The notes beneath the pieces were generated by a model, which did no database searches, was not told the origin of the DNA, and saw only the letters and a program-made list of their open reading frames with translations. The position numbers and the translations under genes are program-made. DNA of 63,950 nt, counting the filler, from an uncultured Acidimicrobiia bacterium (GTDB lineage Bacteria > Actinomycetota > Acidimicrobiia > Spongiisociales > JAOTWH01): NCBI GenBank assembly GCA_964347285.1. It is 5 parts of 5 records of this genome, joined end to end, with 100 filler letters (N's around TTAATTAATTAA, not from the genome) between each part and the next. Parts side by side here need not be neighbours in the genome. Positions count along the whole stretch, not along the records: positions 55,549 to 63,950 come from CAYFYE010000100.1; 4 more parts are not named here. One strand, given 5' to 3'. Of the stretch, positions 62,526 to 63,950 are shown piece by piece (within the stretch, counting starts at the first letter, position 1; each line of letters starts with the position of its first letter).

Positions 62526-63386
62526 TCAAACCCGCCTGAGGCGCTCCGCCAGATACTCTTTGAGACCGAAGCGCCAATCCCGCAACACATTGATGCCCAT
62601 CTCATTGACCCGGGTGTTCTCCAGCACGGAGTAGGCGGGACGCGGCACCTTGGCGGGGAATTCCCCCGGACCGGTGACCGATAGCCTCGAAGGCAGACCG
62701 GCGATCTCGAAGATTTCGGCGGCGAACCGGTGCCACGAGCATGCGCCCTCGGCCGTGCTGTGTGCAAGGCCTTGCATGCGCTCGGCGACGACGACAGCGA
62801 CCTGGCGAGCGACCTCGTCCACGAATGTGGGGGTCAGCACCTCATCGTCAACCACTCTGACTTCATCGCGCTCATTGCCGAGCTTGAGCATAAGATCGAC
62901 GAAATTGAGCCCTTTGGCCCGGCACGCGTCGAGGCCGTAGAGGCCGGCGACCCGCAAAACAGCTCTGTTTTCCGACTCCGACAGCACGAACATCTCACCG
63001 GAGAGCTTCGAGTTCCCGTACACATTGAGAGGCCGCGCCACATCGCTCTCGATGTACGGTTTGCCCTTGACACCGTCGAACACGTAGTCGGTGCTCACGT
63101 GGACCAGGAAAGCTCGACCTGCCGCACGGGCAATGTTGCGTGCGCCGAACGCGTTGACGGCGAAGGCTATATCGGGATTCTCCTCACACCGTTCGAGGTG
63201 GTGGTAAGCAGCAGTATTGATGACCACGCCCGGTGCGATGTCTCGCAAGATCTCAGCCACCTGCCCTGCGTCGGCAATATCCACAACATCGTGGTTGAGA
63301 GCGATGACGGCGGTGCCCGCCGCAGAGAAGACCCGCTCGATCGCCGAACCCAACTGACCGTTGGCGCCAAGAAGCGCAACCTTCAT
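62526..63386 (-). CDS. rfbD: dTDP-4-dehydrorhamnose reductase
   Basis: GANGQLG, STDYVFDG, PLNVYGNSKLSGE, RPAYSVL. Confidence 0.92.
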   Translation of the reverse strand: MKVALLGANGQLGSAIERVFSAAGTAVIALNHDVVDIADAGQVAEILRDIAPGVVINTAAYHHLERCEENPDIAFAVNAFGARNIARAAGRAFLVHVSTDYVFDGVKGKPYIESDVARPLNVYGNSKLSGEMFVLSESENRAVLRVAGLYGLDACRAKGLNFVDLMLKLGNERDEVRVVDDEVLTPTFVDEVARQVAVVVAERMQGLAHSTAEGACSWHRFAAEIFEIAGLPSRLSVTGPGEFPAKVPRPAYSVLENTRVNEMGINVLRDWRFGLKEYLAERLRRV

Positions 63387-63565
63387 GGCTACTGGGGCTG
63401 AAGCGTCTTGAGGCGCTTCACCGGGCACGAGTGCGATGAAGATTGCGGCAACCACCAACGCAGCGAACCAGATGTTGGCTAGTACCCGGGTTTGGCCCTG
63501 AGCTACGAAGATCTGGTGGATGAAGAGAGCGGCGAAGCCGGCGCCGACTCCAATGCCACCGAGAC
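63387..63565 (-). pseudogene. Fragment of a membrane protein (possibly polysaccharide biosynthesis/flippase) reading in frame into rfbD
   Basis: GLGGIGVGAGFAALFIHQIFVAQGQTRVLANIWFAALVVAAIFIAL; preceded directly by a stop, no RBS seen. Confidence 0.45.
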
Positions 63566-63885
63566 CTCAAAGTGAAGACACGGATTCGCGGGTCTGGAGG
63601 TGGGTGGATCATGACCAAGAAGCACGAGTCGCTCCGAGACCGGAGGCTGTTCTGCGCCTTCGTTGACCCGAGCAGCCGCAACCTGTGACCTATGTGGTGC
63701 CCAGCGCGGTTGTGGCCGATGTCATCAAGGATGGCCATCAGGCGTGGCTGAAAGCCCCGGGCGCCCGCGGACAGCCCCACAAGGATTCGCCGGCCCGACA
63801 GCTTCTCCCTACTTACCCTTTCGCGGGTTGGCTCGACGAGTATCGCGAGGCGTGGGACCTAACCGGTAAACAAGTGGGCAGGTAG
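63566..63885 (+). pseudogene. 5'-truncated, frameshifted remnant of a possible PD-(D/E)XK nuclease-like protein
   Basis: LKVKTR..GSGGGWIMTKKHE...FCAFVD, then VTYVVPSAVVADV...WLDEYREAW in another frame. Confidence 0.4.
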
Positions 63886-63895
63886 CGCGTTCTGA

Positions 63896-63915
63896 CTGTC
63901 CACATTCTGTCCACA
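63896..63915 (+). repeat. CTGTCCACA direct repeat (11-nt period)
   Basis: CTGTCCACA-TT-CTGTCCACA. Confidence 0.6.
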
Positions 63916-63950
63916 CGACAGCGACAAACACCGATGTGCGGTTCCGGGTG

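Noticed and set aside
63896..63915. DnaA boxes or oriC
   Set aside because: Only two imperfect boxes, with no AT-rich unwinding element or dnaA/dnaN context visible.

Overview
The window is five unrelated contigs (1-14046, 14147-27882, 27983-41716, 41817-55448, 55549-63950) joined by artificial 100-nt N/TTAATTAATTAA/N linkers, so gene adjacency across linkers is meaningless. The DNA is high-GC and looks actinobacterial, probably an Acidimicrobiia-like MAG (inferred from F420-dependent enzymes, SenX3/RegX3, DUF3052 and many leaderless genes). Contig 1: a heliorhodopsin preceded by a coupled 28-aa micro-ORF and followed by an RRM protein and an orphan IF-1 paralog, plus metB, an amidase, a large S8 protease, two paralogous secreted proteins and a Calx-beta surface protein behind Rex/CRP-like and DosR-like sites. 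Contig 2: MMPL transporter, TPP-dependent E1 alpha/beta, F420 LLM enzyme, a lower-GC O-antigen-ligase/BNR pair, sulfite-oxidase-family enzyme, DsbA-family protein, large PLP decarboxylase and an LPxTG protein. Contig 3: Liv-type ATPases, HEAT protein, a REP-like repeat cluster, tag, HtrA and a phosphate locus (phoU-like, Na/Pi, regX3-senX3, pstSCAB, PHO box). Contig 4: divergent AhcY-like enzyme, non-phosphorylative sugar-acid pathway back-to-back with lutC/lutB-lutA, and a eukaryote-type citrate synthase. Contig 5: TetR module, NfnAB/SudBA, Tat multicopper oxidase, rfbD and gene remnants. No rRNA, tRNA, CRISPR array or intact transposase was recognised. All family calls are from motif recognition by eye, without database searches.
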